Part shown: piece by piece, positions 36,081 to 48,555 of the stretch
Numbering within the stretch: position 1 is the stretch's first letter
Layout of the letters: the number at the start of each line of letters is the position of its first letter
Source: Paecilomyces variotii
Taxonomy: Eukaryota
DNA length: 64,000 nt
Reading direction: 5' to 3' (one strand)
Assembly (NCBI GenBank): GCA_004022145.1
Contig: RCNU01000024.1
The notes under the pieces: model-generated
Told to the model about the DNA's origin: nothing
Seen by the model: the letters and a program-made list of their open reading frames with translations, nothing else
Database searches by the model: none
Translations under genes and position numbers: made by a program

Positions 36081-39000
36081 CTATGCAACACCAAACCCAC
36101 GAGCATTCTCAAGGGCCTTTTCTAGCTTCTCCTGCAAGACACTCCTGGAGGAATATTCTGGAAGCAATAATCTTCCAAAACATGTCAAGCTAGTAGGAAG
36201 ACGCTAGAAGGCATTAGTACGAAAAGAACAATAGCAACAGGAATAGCATCATTAGAAAGGGGAGGACTCACAGTATCACCGACACCATTTTTCTGGATCA
36301 CAAACATAATGCTTGCGATGCCATTCACTGGAACGCGGTCACTCGCTGTAACAAATTCCAACAACCTACGCTTCTTTTCCGCAGAGAAACGTTTCACGAC
36401 GTGCCAGAAGTCCCGGATCACTCGATGTGACGCAGTGAAACCGCCATCATATCGTACATGACGCTCTAGTTGATCCAGATTGATCTCCTGAATTCCTTCG
36501 ACCACTGTCTTCAAAGCCTCGGGGGTGAAGATCGATAGGGCAGTGCGATCCAGGCAAGTATAGAACCCTCTCGCGAAAGCCTCATACTGCGGGCGAATAG
36601 ACTTGTCCGTCAGCCAGAAAACATAATCTTTGACGAACTGATGTCGGTTCTCATTCGTCACAAGGCGCGCCTCCTCAGGTTGCGACAGGAGTGGGCTTTT
36701 CAATGGCATATCATAATCGGCACCTTTGAGAACCCCCGTTCGGAACGATTGATGGGGAAAGCGCATCTCTTGGTCTTCATCCTTCAACGTCGTTGAGAGA
36801 GGATGCTTATTGCCGCTGTACCGTCTCCTTTCCAAGCGTGAACCAGGAAGACCACCCCTAGCATCCTCCTTGCTGGATCTCGTTTCAAGTATAGGCCAGT
36901 AGGCGTCACGATGGATCTTTTCCATATCGACCGTGTGCACGGTGCCAAAAGCATCAAAGCTGAACTCGTAGGTTCGCATGAAGATATCGCCAACATCACC
37001 ATCTTTCCAGTTCAGAAGCTCTTCCAATCCTTTGGAAAGCTCAGGCCAGCCGTCTCTGATATGCTCAAGGCGCTTTACTTTCAACCCAAGCAGTTTTCGA
37101 TATAAAGCAATTGGAAAGTTGACAGGGAGAGTCAAACCATTGTAGATAGCAAGAGACATAAGAAGACCCAATAGTTGGAATTTGTACAGAGGCTCCAGTG
37201 AGCAAGGCTGAAACCACGAGATGCGCGTCCGATTATCCATGGTGAACATACCGTACGCTGGGTCGAGCGCCTGCGCCATAACAACCCTGAAGAATTCCTG
37301 TTGCACACCACCATGATCCACACCTTCTTCTCCCTCGTCCATTCCCATCTGGACCTTTAGTGGTCTTAAGAGCTCGCGCTTTTCACGTCGCCACAGTTGG
37401 TTCAGGGCATCAGTGAGAACATTATCTCGTCGAACCACGAGGACAAGATAAGTGGACATAGATGTTCTCAGTCTCGCCAACAGGCCCACATCGTCATAGA
37501 TCGGTATTTGCCCGAATGCGGTCTGGGTAATATGTCGAGTTGCGGTCATTGCTGCCTCGTAAGATTTGGACATTGTGGCATAATTGAGAGCTCGGAAATA
37601 GATCACCAGCGCTTGCGGTGGGAACAGGAACGAGTACGACAGAATGTGCATGGTCTTATTGTTCGCCTGAGTACCGAGCCACTCCACGGGCATCTCCATC
37701 GGGTCCAGTCGTTCAGATAGAAACGCGGTGTGGAAGTCATCCGCAAGAAGGCCCAGTCGCTCACGATCTTTATACATGGATGCCAGAATCTGCACGGCGC
37801 CGCCAGCAGCACTGGACTTGGACACTTCAGCCTTCCCATCCCATTCTTTGAGGAAGAGCATTCGCAGCCATTCAACGATGACGGAGGCAGCGCTGAGAGA
37901 CGGGGCAGGATGCGAAATAGCATCAGACTTACCCACAGTCCTGGCTAGCGCGGTATGATGCTCTCGTAAAATCTCCAGCATGATATCGACGGCACTGTTC
38001 TTGCGTAGCTTGGGAGAATCATGGCCATACGTCTGGCGAGCCTTCGAGATCTCGTAGAAAGCCAGCCGTGCCGTGAGGGCACGCACTAGCCGACTGAGGA
38101 GCCTGAGCGCAAGTTCATGCTCGAGTCTATCCGTAACATTTACCAACAAGGCACGACTTGCTGGAGAGAGCCTCTGAATCTCCGCATCAGGCAGAACAGT
38201 CCCAGCAGCACGCATGTGGACTATGTCCCGCCAAGTCTGCGGATCCAGTTCGGGAAGCGAGCTCACCAATGCAAAAAGCGCCACACTTACTACGTAAGCA
38301 GCTTCAGCGTCAGACATATGATCTTCACTTGACGAGGACAGTGACCCGACTGGGATGACTGGCGGGGTGCCGTTATTTGTTGAACTGGAGCTAATTTCCG
38401 ATTGTCGCCGACTCCTAGAAGGAGTCGAAAGGTCCTTCGGAGGCGCAAAGACGTTCTCCAGCGCAGTCCAGAGACTATGAAGAGCAATATCCCAGGGACA
38501 GATGCGAAATAGCTGGCGGAACGTGAGCTCAAGCTGCTCGATATCCAGGCGCGTTTTCAAAATCTCATCTTCTTTCTTCAAAGAATCCGCTTCTCTTTTC
38601 CGAAAGGATCGGAGGATTTGCTTCGGGTTACTCAAATTATAGAAGACACTTTGCGCAACAAACGAAAAAGCCTCGCGCTGGCCAGGTTTGGCGTATTTCC
38701 AATCGACTTCGTCTAAATTGCCACTTGCTTCCATTGCACTAACTTCCAGTTGCCAGCTCTCAGCGTCATCCTCGTCACTCACAATCATCTGGCTGAGGCC
38801 CTGCACGATTTCCTTAGAGAGATGATCGACCGTCTGCACCGAAAGTAAGGTATCGCGTTGCTCGGGGCTACGTCGCACCTTAGCTTGGGGATCCTCTCCT
38901 GCCCGAGAGGCCGTAGCCAGGTCATCGTCCAGGTGGAGGTCTCGCGCTCTGACCCTGCGCCTGGGGGAGTCTTTCAACAGTTTTGAACCGTCCCATGATA

Positions 39001-40347
39001 CACGTCTGTTGGCCTTTTTCTTCCCCTCCATATTCGAATTTGCGCCATCCGGATTCGCACCCCTATGTTTCTGAGAACGATGCCGCAACGCCGGTGGAGA
39101 GGGTAGTCCAATGGTTTCCTTTGTACTGGAGGGAGTATTCACCGACAGTTTCTTTGATTGTAGATCACGACGACTCTTATCGTCTGCAGTTGACCGCGCG
39201 GTTTGACGCCAATGTTCAACATCGTTAAACGAGAGTCTCTTGACCGGTTGTCCCGGTAGTTTCACCTCGACTGCAGTTGGTTGGGCGCTCGTCGACCGCG
39301 ACGATGAGCGATGTATACCATTCCTAGCCATGCCAGTTGTAGAGACACTTTTTTGCTCACCAGAAACAGAACGCTCAATCCCATGCTGTCGTGCACTCCC
39401 TCTGCCACTTGGCGTTTCCGATTTTCCTAGGTCCCTGTTGCGTGGCTGCCGCGTGGTTCTCACCGAATCAACCGGATCGACCACTTCAACGGTGCTGGGA
39501 GAGCGTCGTAGCGGAAGCCATTCGACCATTCGCACTGAGATTGTGTCGAAGAGATTTTGTGTGAAAGACTTTGGATCCTTCAGCCTCTGCGCCCCTAAAC
39601 CATCACCCTCCGACGCATATTGGTGTTGCCTCTGTTCTTCTGACGGACGAGCTGCCATCTCTCCGCCTTCTCCATCTGCCCTCTCTTTTGTCTCAACGTT
39701 GCGATTCTCTGTAGAGGTGATGTCTATATGCGATCGTGGCGGCTCATACCCGACATCCTTCGAATCACTGCAACTCAGATCAGGATGTCCAGTCGCGGCC
39801 TGATCGGTCGATAGTTGAGGGTTACTCCGCCTTTTTGAACGACGCGGACTCTCCGCTGGTGGGAAGTCGGATGGCAGACGCGGTGGGTTACGACAAAGGC
39901 CACTTTCCGCATTATCCAAGCTTGCCAAGTAACAGGCCAGCGTGCGTGCGCTTAATTCGGTATACCGTCGAAAGGGGCCCTCCGTCGCTCTTTTTCTATA
40001 ACTAAGACACGTAGGGGTCATGCAGTTTGCATCTTGACATCCGTATAGTAGCTGGTTCTTGTACCTGGTGTGTGTCCCCATGTCAGCAGCTGGGTTCATC
40101 TGCGCCGGAATGCATTCCCCTTGAATTCCACGTCTTACCTGCGGACCAACAGGTTGAATTGCCTCCGTCTCTCTTCTTTATGCCATGGCAGAACATATTC
40201 GCTGTCGGTTAAATGGATGGTGTTCTGAATAATGACTTCTGGCGCATTGGGCGGCAGCTTAGCCCGATGACCAGATGGACGGTCACCCCCGTGAGAAGAT
40301 CGTGCTGTCTCTGAAGGGCTCCCTGAGCCACCGCGGATTCTCGTCAT
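36081..40347 (-). CDS. hul4: HECT E3 ubiquitin ligase (Hul4-like, N-terminal AZUL-type Zn finger)
   Basis: Three exons. [17 protein letters not shown] motifs [36 protein letters not shown] (catalytic Cys); ends RGFGVA*. Confidence 0.9.
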
Positions 40348-40910
40348 GCCTATTTATGATATGACTCATATCCGGACGCTCTTGATGGCGCAAGAGAGGA
40401 CGTTCGACAGTCTCTCCAGGCAGTGTTTCGTTCCTGAGATGATATGGCTGATATCATCGGGGTTCGCTTTTTAGCTTCAGCCTCCGCCACGGTAAGCCTC
40501 ACCGCCTCAGGTGCCGGTTTCAGTCTAGCCGCTATGGGTTAGTGTATTGAGTGAACACGCTAAACTGCATGTGGACATCATCGCCACAACCCGAAAAGTC
40601 AAGTGACTTCACAGTTTGCTCGTTTTGCTCTTCTTTTAGTCAGACGGTCGAAAAGACGATATTTTAGTAACTATGATTATTGTTGAATTATCAAATCTGC
40701 AGAGCTCAATTTCATTTCCTGTTCCCTAGTCTATTCCTTCATAGTCTCTTCCCATCTCTTATTCTATCGGCCAAGTCGACGGAGGGCGCTGAAGACATCC
40801 CTCCTCAACTGCCAGTTGCACACAGCGACCGCTTGGATACTTTTGCGGTATCGATAACCGCCACCACCCCTCCATCCCGCTTCTTTCTTGAGAAGCGTTC
40901 CACGACAACC

Positions 40911-42434
40911 ATGGCGACCTTGACGACACAGGTTCTGGGCCAGGCTGATGGCGCCTATTCGAATGTGCCATATACATGCAATACATGTCTGGTAGCATTC
41001 CGCAGCAGCGATGCACAGCGGGACCATATGCGCAGAGACTGGCAGTAAGTTTCCAACGACTCACTGTAAGGAAAGCAAGTCGCTAACAGAGCCTACTCTA
41101 GTCTCTACAACATGAAGCGCCGTGTCGCTTCACTGCCTCCTGTTCCTCAAGAAGTCTTTACGGAGAAGGTCCTAACAGCCAAAGCCACCTCCTCCGCTGC
41201 CGCTGCCAGAGCCTCTTACGAGAAAACATGTGCTGCCTGTCAGAAAACATTCTACAGCGAGAACTCATACCAGAATCATGTGAAGAGCTCAAAACATAAG
41301 CTCCGGGAATCTCGAATGAAGAACAAGGATGCCGACGAGACGGCGTCTGTCATGAGCTCCGCCTTTTCACTAGGAGAGCCCATCAACCGAACTACTTCCG
41401 CTGAGAAGAGTTCCGATGCAGACACCGATGTGGACAAGTTGGCTAGTGGCTTGAAGACGACGACTATCGACGAAGAGGATGAACAAGAGGACGAGGAGGA
41501 CGCAGAGGCGGATAAGGGGTTCAGCGTTTCTCGCTGTCTTTTCTGTCCAATTGAATGTTCCGACCTGATGGCAAATGCAGACCATATGTTGAAGGCCCAT
41601 GGCATGTTCGTCCCGGAGAAAGATTACCTCGTTGATCCGGAAGGTCTCATGCGCTACCTGTACCGTAAGATCACTGAGGACAATGAGTGCTTATACTGCC
41701 ATGCCATCCGCAGCACGGCTGCCGGTGTACGAACTCACATGCGCGACAAGGGCCACTGTATGATCGCCTTTGAGACGGAAGAGGAACAGATCGAGATCGG
41801 TCAGTTCTACGATTTTACAAGCACCTACTCGGATGATGAGGGCGAGTCCAGTGGCACTGAAGGCCCTGCCATGGGTGGAGTGAAGTTGAATGGATCGAAT
41901 GCTGCTGAGGATGGCTGGGAGACCGAAAGTTCTGCGTCGTCACTTGATGATGCCGACGGAGCGCCACAGGAAAAGAGTTCTCGAGCACAGCCTCTTGCTA
42001 TATATGAATCCGACTTCGAGCTGCACCTGCCATCGGGGCGGAGCGTTGGTCACCGTTCCTTGGCCAAGTACTACCGCCAGAACTTGCACAGCTACCCCAG
42101 CGCAGAGGAGCGCACAGCTCGCCAGCTGGCCATCGAGAATGGTAGTGCTGAAGAACCCGAGGAGACCGAGCGCGGACGGAACCGCAACCGTGCTGTTATC
42201 AGCCGCGCGAATGGCGGCATGGGAATGATCGGTGCCACAGACACTCAGAAACGTGAAGCCCTAACTGAAGAACGCAGACAGCGTACTCGTGCGTTACGGC
42301 AAGAATTACGCTATACTGCCAAGGTCAACAAGGCCGCTAATTCCCAGAAACACTTCCGGGTAAGTCTACTCGTCATTTGATCGATGATTCCAGCAATCGC
42401 TAACGGCTTTCTACAGGATCCTCTGCTACAGTGA
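40911..42434 (+). CDS. rei1: Pre-60S ribosome factor Rei1 (C2H2 zinc fingers)
   Basis: YTCNTC..QRDHMRRDWH/LYNMKRRVASLPP, CAACQK, CLFC, CLYC..HMRDKGHC, LPSGRSVGHRSL, QKHFRDPLLQ*. Two introns. Confidence 0.93.
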
Positions 42435-43320
42435 TTGTCTCACAATTTGAGACCCCTCCTTGGTGGTATCACTCTGTTGGTCTTGCTTTCTGAAAAGTAC
42501 TTCTCGGTCGGTTTTTATAGGTTTGCGAGGTCTAGCCTAACGCAGTGGTCATTATTCTCCTTCCATCTAGTTATATGAGACGACGTTTAAGATGTAGATA
42601 TTCGGCCGGGATACATGATCTGTTATCGAACCTCAAATTCAATCAGGGGTTCCCCTCAACCAATAAGGGATCCATTAATGACAGCATGGATATATGATCA
42701 TTTCTTATTTCAGAGTACTGCCTCCATGTAATAATGGACCTTTGAGGTAAAGAAATAACCGTGAGCTCGATCAGATATATGGAGCTCGCCCATCTCATGT
42801 GCTACGCTTCATCTCTAGAGTTCCCTAGTATCCAGAGAACAAACCCGTCCAGATCAAGGGTCTCGGATCGTGTGGTTCCTAGTATCTCTGTTAAGATTGC
42901 CAGATATGTTAATACATACTATCAATAGTAGACTTCACCAAAACTACGCTGAGGAAGTGGAAACACACTCCTTGAGTCGATCGGTTCATGAATGGTAAAA
43001 ATGGTTTGACGCTGTAAGCTGTGTCTATTCTATGCATAATTTTGCGGAATGATACAACGCCAATGGGATATCCTACATATGAAGGGAAAGATTTGAGCAG
43101 CAAGCTTGTCCCACGGCGAACCCCGCTACGGAGCGAATGTAAGAATGAAAAAGCACAATGAGGATGTCATGCTAAACAGGATACATCACGGTAGAAGAAG
43201 TATACATGCCCTGTGACAGGTATATCCTTAACGTCGGGCAACAACAGATTACTTTCAAGAATCAAGGCTGAAACAGCTTAACGTACAGTCCCCCACTCAT
43301 GGAAAGCCAATATGCTCAGG

Positions 43321-45694
43321 TTATTGGTCTAAGAGCGGCTGCCGTTCTCCATCACCAGAATGCTTGGATTGTGTGTTGCGCTTCTTTCTACGGCGACGCT
43401 TCTTCGAGACCGTTTGTCCCGACACATGGGAAGCGCCATCGGACTCGTCTGGTTCTCTATGGCTGTTCGTTCTGTTTCCGTTCGGGCCACTATGCGTTTC
43501 GTGTGGTCTTTCGGTATCAGAAAAAGCATCGCTGTTGGTTTGAAGAATGACCTTCTTAATGCCGTTGACATCGACAACTTGTTCTGTAATGCTGCCACTC
43601 CTGGCAGGGCCATGGCACTGATAATTGGGTCGGAGTTGGTCGGAGGAAGGGCCAGATCCAGAGCTCACAGGTCTACTGTTCTGAGAACCACGTGAATCAT
43701 CTCCATCAACCTCTTCTACAACTTCGGGGATGTTGATATTTGGAGCGGATCTAACGTAACCACTCTGGGAACCGTTGGAAACCTGGCTGATTGCGCCATT
43801 GGAGCCCCGCGGAAGATCTGTCATAGTACCATATCCGGATTTGAGCGCCCGAACACCATCTTTTGCATCCATTCCCGCTGATTGGATGATTCCAGCACTT
43901 GACCCCCCTTGATATTGAACGGACGCTGGCGCCTTCGGCTGATCGTCCGACATACGTCGGGCAGAATCTCCAGATCGCGTTGGAGACGCACCGGGCTTAA
44001 TCTTCACACTCTGGTAGCGAGTCTGGCGAGGATTACTCGCCAGATTGGAAGGCCCTAGGTGTTTGAGGTGCTGCCTGATCTCGTCTGTCGTGCCAACCTT
44101 TGCAACAGTCTCATGTGTGGCATCCCCGGTCTGTCTTCTAATAAGAAACCGCGGCTGCGGTGCCTCCACGGAACTGGAACGCCGTGGGAGGTCTGGAGTC
44201 CCGTTTTCGGTGTCTTTCGGCAAGGGTTTCCCTTGCTTGTCGCCTAAATCGATCAGGTTTTGTTCCTGCTGTGACGGGAGTTCCTCCACAATGCGACCTT
44301 TCGGCACCCGCGATTTCGGAGCTGGGTTCAAACGTCTGATCGCCTTATGGACATCTATGAAGACATCAGATTCATCGATGATCTCCCTGCATACTCGTTA
44401 GCAACGAAAGGCTAGTTCCTCAGCTAGTATCCAAACTTACTCTCCAATAAGCTCCTCGATCACGTCTTCCAAGGTAACCACCCCAAGGGCTCCATGATCC
44501 TCTCCTGGGTATTCCGACACCAAGACCATGTGCGACTTACCCTCCTGGAAGAAGTTGACAATGTCCAGGCAACTGGTTTCGGCTCGAGTCTCGGGGAGGG
44601 TTGCCAGCGCGAAATCGCGCACCATCTTGCAATCCTCGGGATCGTAGGTGATAAGCATCTTGACCAGCAGCATACCCACAAAGTTCTGCGGATTATCCGG
44701 GGCATGTATGGGAATCCGAGAATATCCTTGGGAGAGAATCAGGTCCATCGTCGGTTCGTCCAGCACAGCATCCGCCGACATGGTAAAAACATCCTCCATA
44801 GGAGTCATGATGCTCCCGACTGACTTGTCTTTCAAATCAAGAACGGCACTAATGATGGTGACTTCGTCTGAGTTGAGCTGTTCGCCAGCCTTTCCCAAGG
44901 TCTTGTGCAAAGTCACCAGCGTCTTCAGGCCGGCCTTCTTGTAGATGGTTCCGTGGTCCTTCCCGAGCAGGTAGTCGAGCAGTTTTGCGACAGGCCATGC
45001 AACAGGCGACATTATATACATCAGAATCAGGACACATGGGGCCATCCAAGCGCCGATGGGGAGGCCGTATCGAACGCATATTGACTGAGGGACAATCTCG
45101 CCGAAGATGACTGCATGGCTATCAGCACCACCGAAATGATCGACGAACTTTCCTTCATACCAATCAGAACCGTACTGCCCACCACAGCGGGCCATCCGCC
45201 TCCTAAGGATCGGTCGAGAATGATGGGGAGAGTTTCGTTGGTGATGACGTTGCTAAGGAGTAGCGTCACCAGCACCCAATGCTTCCCCTTCTGCAACAAT
45301 CTCAGGACGCTGGCCGCATTCTTCTTTTCTGTCCCTTCTCCGGATGTCTTGATGACCTGAAGATAGATCTCATCCTATACATGATTACTCCTGTTAGCAA
45401 CACTTGGCGATGTTCTCTCTGATGGGCACCTCGTACCTGGCCCATCAACGCAATAGTCAGACCAGCAAACGCTCCGCCTGCAAGGACTAGCGCTGCTGCG
45501 ACCACCAGATACAACCATAATTCTGGGTCGTCGGATGGTTTTGCGTCTTCCTCTCGCTTCGACAGGATCCCGGAGAACGGTGTCGGAGCAGCAGTGATAA
45601 TCGGTAGTTGGGCAATCGCAATCAGAAGCACCTTGGCCAGGCCTAGTATGGCCGGTCTTCGGGTCACGTACGGATTTACGTGGGAAGAGTGCAT
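43321..45694 (-). CDS. mam3: CNNM (DUF21) + CBS domain metal-transport protein, Mam3-like
   Basis: [82 protein letters not shown]. Three introns. Confidence 0.92.
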
Positions 45695-46245
45695 CCCGAT
45701 GTGTGATCCTTTTCAATACTGAGCGGACATTGTGACGATGTAGAAACAGGCGGCCAGAGTTACTCGATGACGTGATGACGACCGGGAGACGGAAGGAAAG
45801 GAGATGTAAATCCGCCAATGCGGCTCCAGGAAGTAGTCTTGAAGTCAGAAAACAGATATGGATAGCTTTACAATCAGCAGAGAGGCGGGTTTCGGCGTGG
45901 GAAGCACGAAAAAAAAGAGTCGGTGGACGGGGTGAACTTGCAGCTCGCCATTATTATTGCATCCTGAGGCTGCACGCGCGGCTGAAGCGGGGTGCGCTAA
46001 GGGGGCGCTTGCAGCCTCAGGCAGTAAAGGTACCTAAGGTGTCGACATATTCTTGCCTGATCCTCAAGGCCTCACGTCCTGCTGCCCCAGGCATCAAGAA
46101 GCTCGGTTAGTCTCGGCGTTCCGCAACTGTATCGGATCCGGGGTTGATCTGGGGAAGGCATACCATAATAATAAATAATATCTATCTCCCACTTCCTCAG
46201 GGCTCTTCAGGTTCATCTACCTGTCGTCTCCCTGCCTGTTGAACT

Positions 46246-47571
46246 ATGTCCCTTCTTCGTACAGCTTCACACCGTCTCCCACGCAGAGTATCCGTATGGC
46301 AGTGCCGTCCCTACTCCGCGGGGCCTCCCACCCCCTCCGCACGGCTCAATCTGCCTATAGACTACAAGGCGACCCCTCTCCTTCATCACACGCCTTCATC
46401 GCTGTCAATGTCCCCAGAGCTACCTCAGAATTCAACAAGTAAACGACTCAACCTATATCAGGCAATCAACTCCGCTCTTAGAACCGCCCTGTCGGCATCA
46501 GATCAGGTTATTCTGTTCGGGGAAGATGTGGCTTTCGGCGGCGTCTTTCGTTGTTCGGTAGATCTTCAAACGGAATTTGGGTCGGAGAGAGTCTTCAACA
46601 CACCGTTGACGGAGCAAGGCATTGTGGGGTTTGCCATTGGAGCAGCAGCACAGGGATTGAAGCCTGTGGCGGAGATCCAGTTCGCGGATTATATCTTCCC
46701 CGCGTTCGACCAGATAGTCAACGAGGCCGCCAAGTTCAGGTATCGCGAGGGCTCGACTGGTTCCAATGCAGGAGGCCTAGTGATTAGAACACCTTGCGGT
46801 GCGGTGGGACATGGTGCTCTGTATGAAACCCCAGATCAACCCACTCGTGGAGACAACATACATATATATATAACTGCAGTTTTATGAATGACGTCCCTAA
46901 CGTTTCGTTCTTAGGTACCACTCACAATCTCCAGAATCCCTGTTTGCCCATGTTCCTGGCGTGCGCGTCGTCATACCGCGATCGCCCACTCAAGCAAAGG
47001 GGCTTCTACTATCGGCAATCTTTGAGTGTAATGATCCTGTAATCTTTATGGAGCCCAAGATCCTGTACCGAGCGGCCGTCGAACATGTTCCGAACGAGTC
47101 CTATACTATCCCTCTTAGCAAAGCGGAAGTGCTCAAGCCTGGGAAAGATCTAACGATCATCTCTTACGGTCAGCCCCTCTACCACTGTTCCGCGGCAATT
47201 GCAGCGGCAGAGAAGGCCATGAACGGCGTGGAAATCGAACTTATAGATCTACGAACCATCTATCCCTGGGACCGACAGACCGTTCTCAACAGTGTGAGAA
47301 AGACAGGGAGAGCGATCGTGGTCCATGAGAGTATGGTCAATTATGGTGTCGGTTCCGAAGTTGCAGCCACCATTCAGGATGGTGCGTTTCTCCGTCTGGA
47401 GGCTCCAGTAAAGCGTGTCGCTGGGTGGAGTACTCATACGGGACTGTCTTATGAGCGGTTTATTCTACCTGATGTGGCACGTAAGTTAGCTTTTCCCTTC
47501 CGGCTCTGGTGATGGATATCTGACATTCTCTAGGAATATACGACGCCATCAAGCAGACGCTCGAGTACTGA
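46246..47571 (+). CDS. Branched-chain 2-oxoacid dehydrogenase E1 beta subunit (mitochondrial)
   Basis: Presequence; [55 protein letters not shown]. Two introns; ends QTLEY*. Confidence 0.95.
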
Positions 47572-48250
47572 AGCTGTGTGCTTGATCCAGCGGTGCCTCT
47601 GGTGTTGATTCCATAGAGGAAGGACTGAGTCGACCAAATGTTTCGATTGGGAGCCAGAGATAACGGGCGTCTTTGTGCAGGAGAAGGACTTGCTCTTTTA
47701 CCTCCTTATTCCCCTGTCAGGGACGCTCGGCGAGGAAACATATGCTCTGCACTGCCTCTGCTACGAGTAGCGATGTTCTCGCTGGGTCTGGTGTTCCACC
47801 CGCTGCATAGAGAAATATTTTCTGTTTGTTCTGTTGTATTTGTGGGACTATCTCAGCTGTCCCAGCGGCATGTGCCATGTCACGTAGATACAAGAATATG
47901 GCGAGCTCTGATATCATGAATCACTTTATCCAAGCATGTTGCCCCCCTTCCGACACTATAATCCGTATCCTAGTACCCCAAAACAAAGACACTCTAGGCC
48001 CTAATTATAGGGAGCTGCCGTTTTGTAACAGCATCCAGCTAGCTTGCAGCCTTGACCAACACATTCTCCCAGAGTGCTCCCCAGGGTTGCAACAAAGCAT
48101 TCTGCACTCGAGATTGAAAACAGTGAAGTGAATACGAGTCCCCTCCTGGCAACCATTCACTTTCACGTCCTGAATGGGCTGACTCTCGGATAAATTCACA
48201 TCTCTCAGAGTGTTCCTCCTTATCCTCTACTCTTCTCCATTTACATGCAA

Positions 48251-48386
48251 CTTTACTCAAACGTATCGAAACCTACTCTCTTCGTATCTGACAGCTCTCC
48301 TCTACTTCTTGATCTTCTCGCTCATCTTTACTCCGACATATCGAAACCTACTCTCTTCGTTTCTGACAACTCTCCTCTACTTCTTC
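48251..48386. repeat. 75-bp-period tandem duplication (about 1.8 copies)
   Basis: ctttactc..atcgaaacctactctcttcgt(a/t)tctgaca(g/a)ctctcctctacttctt starts at 48251 and again at 48326. Confidence 0.9.
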
Positions 48387-48555
48387 TCGGTTCTTCTCTT
48401 CTCTCTACGTCCTTTTCCTCACTCCCCTCGTCATCAGGGGTTCAAGCGTGCCGTGAAGTGGCCAGGACGTGAGGAGGGCTCCTGCTCCCTTCATCGCTAT
48501 TTTATCCTTTACAACCGTCCACTTCTATTGAGAGCGCGTTTATCTGAAGGTCACA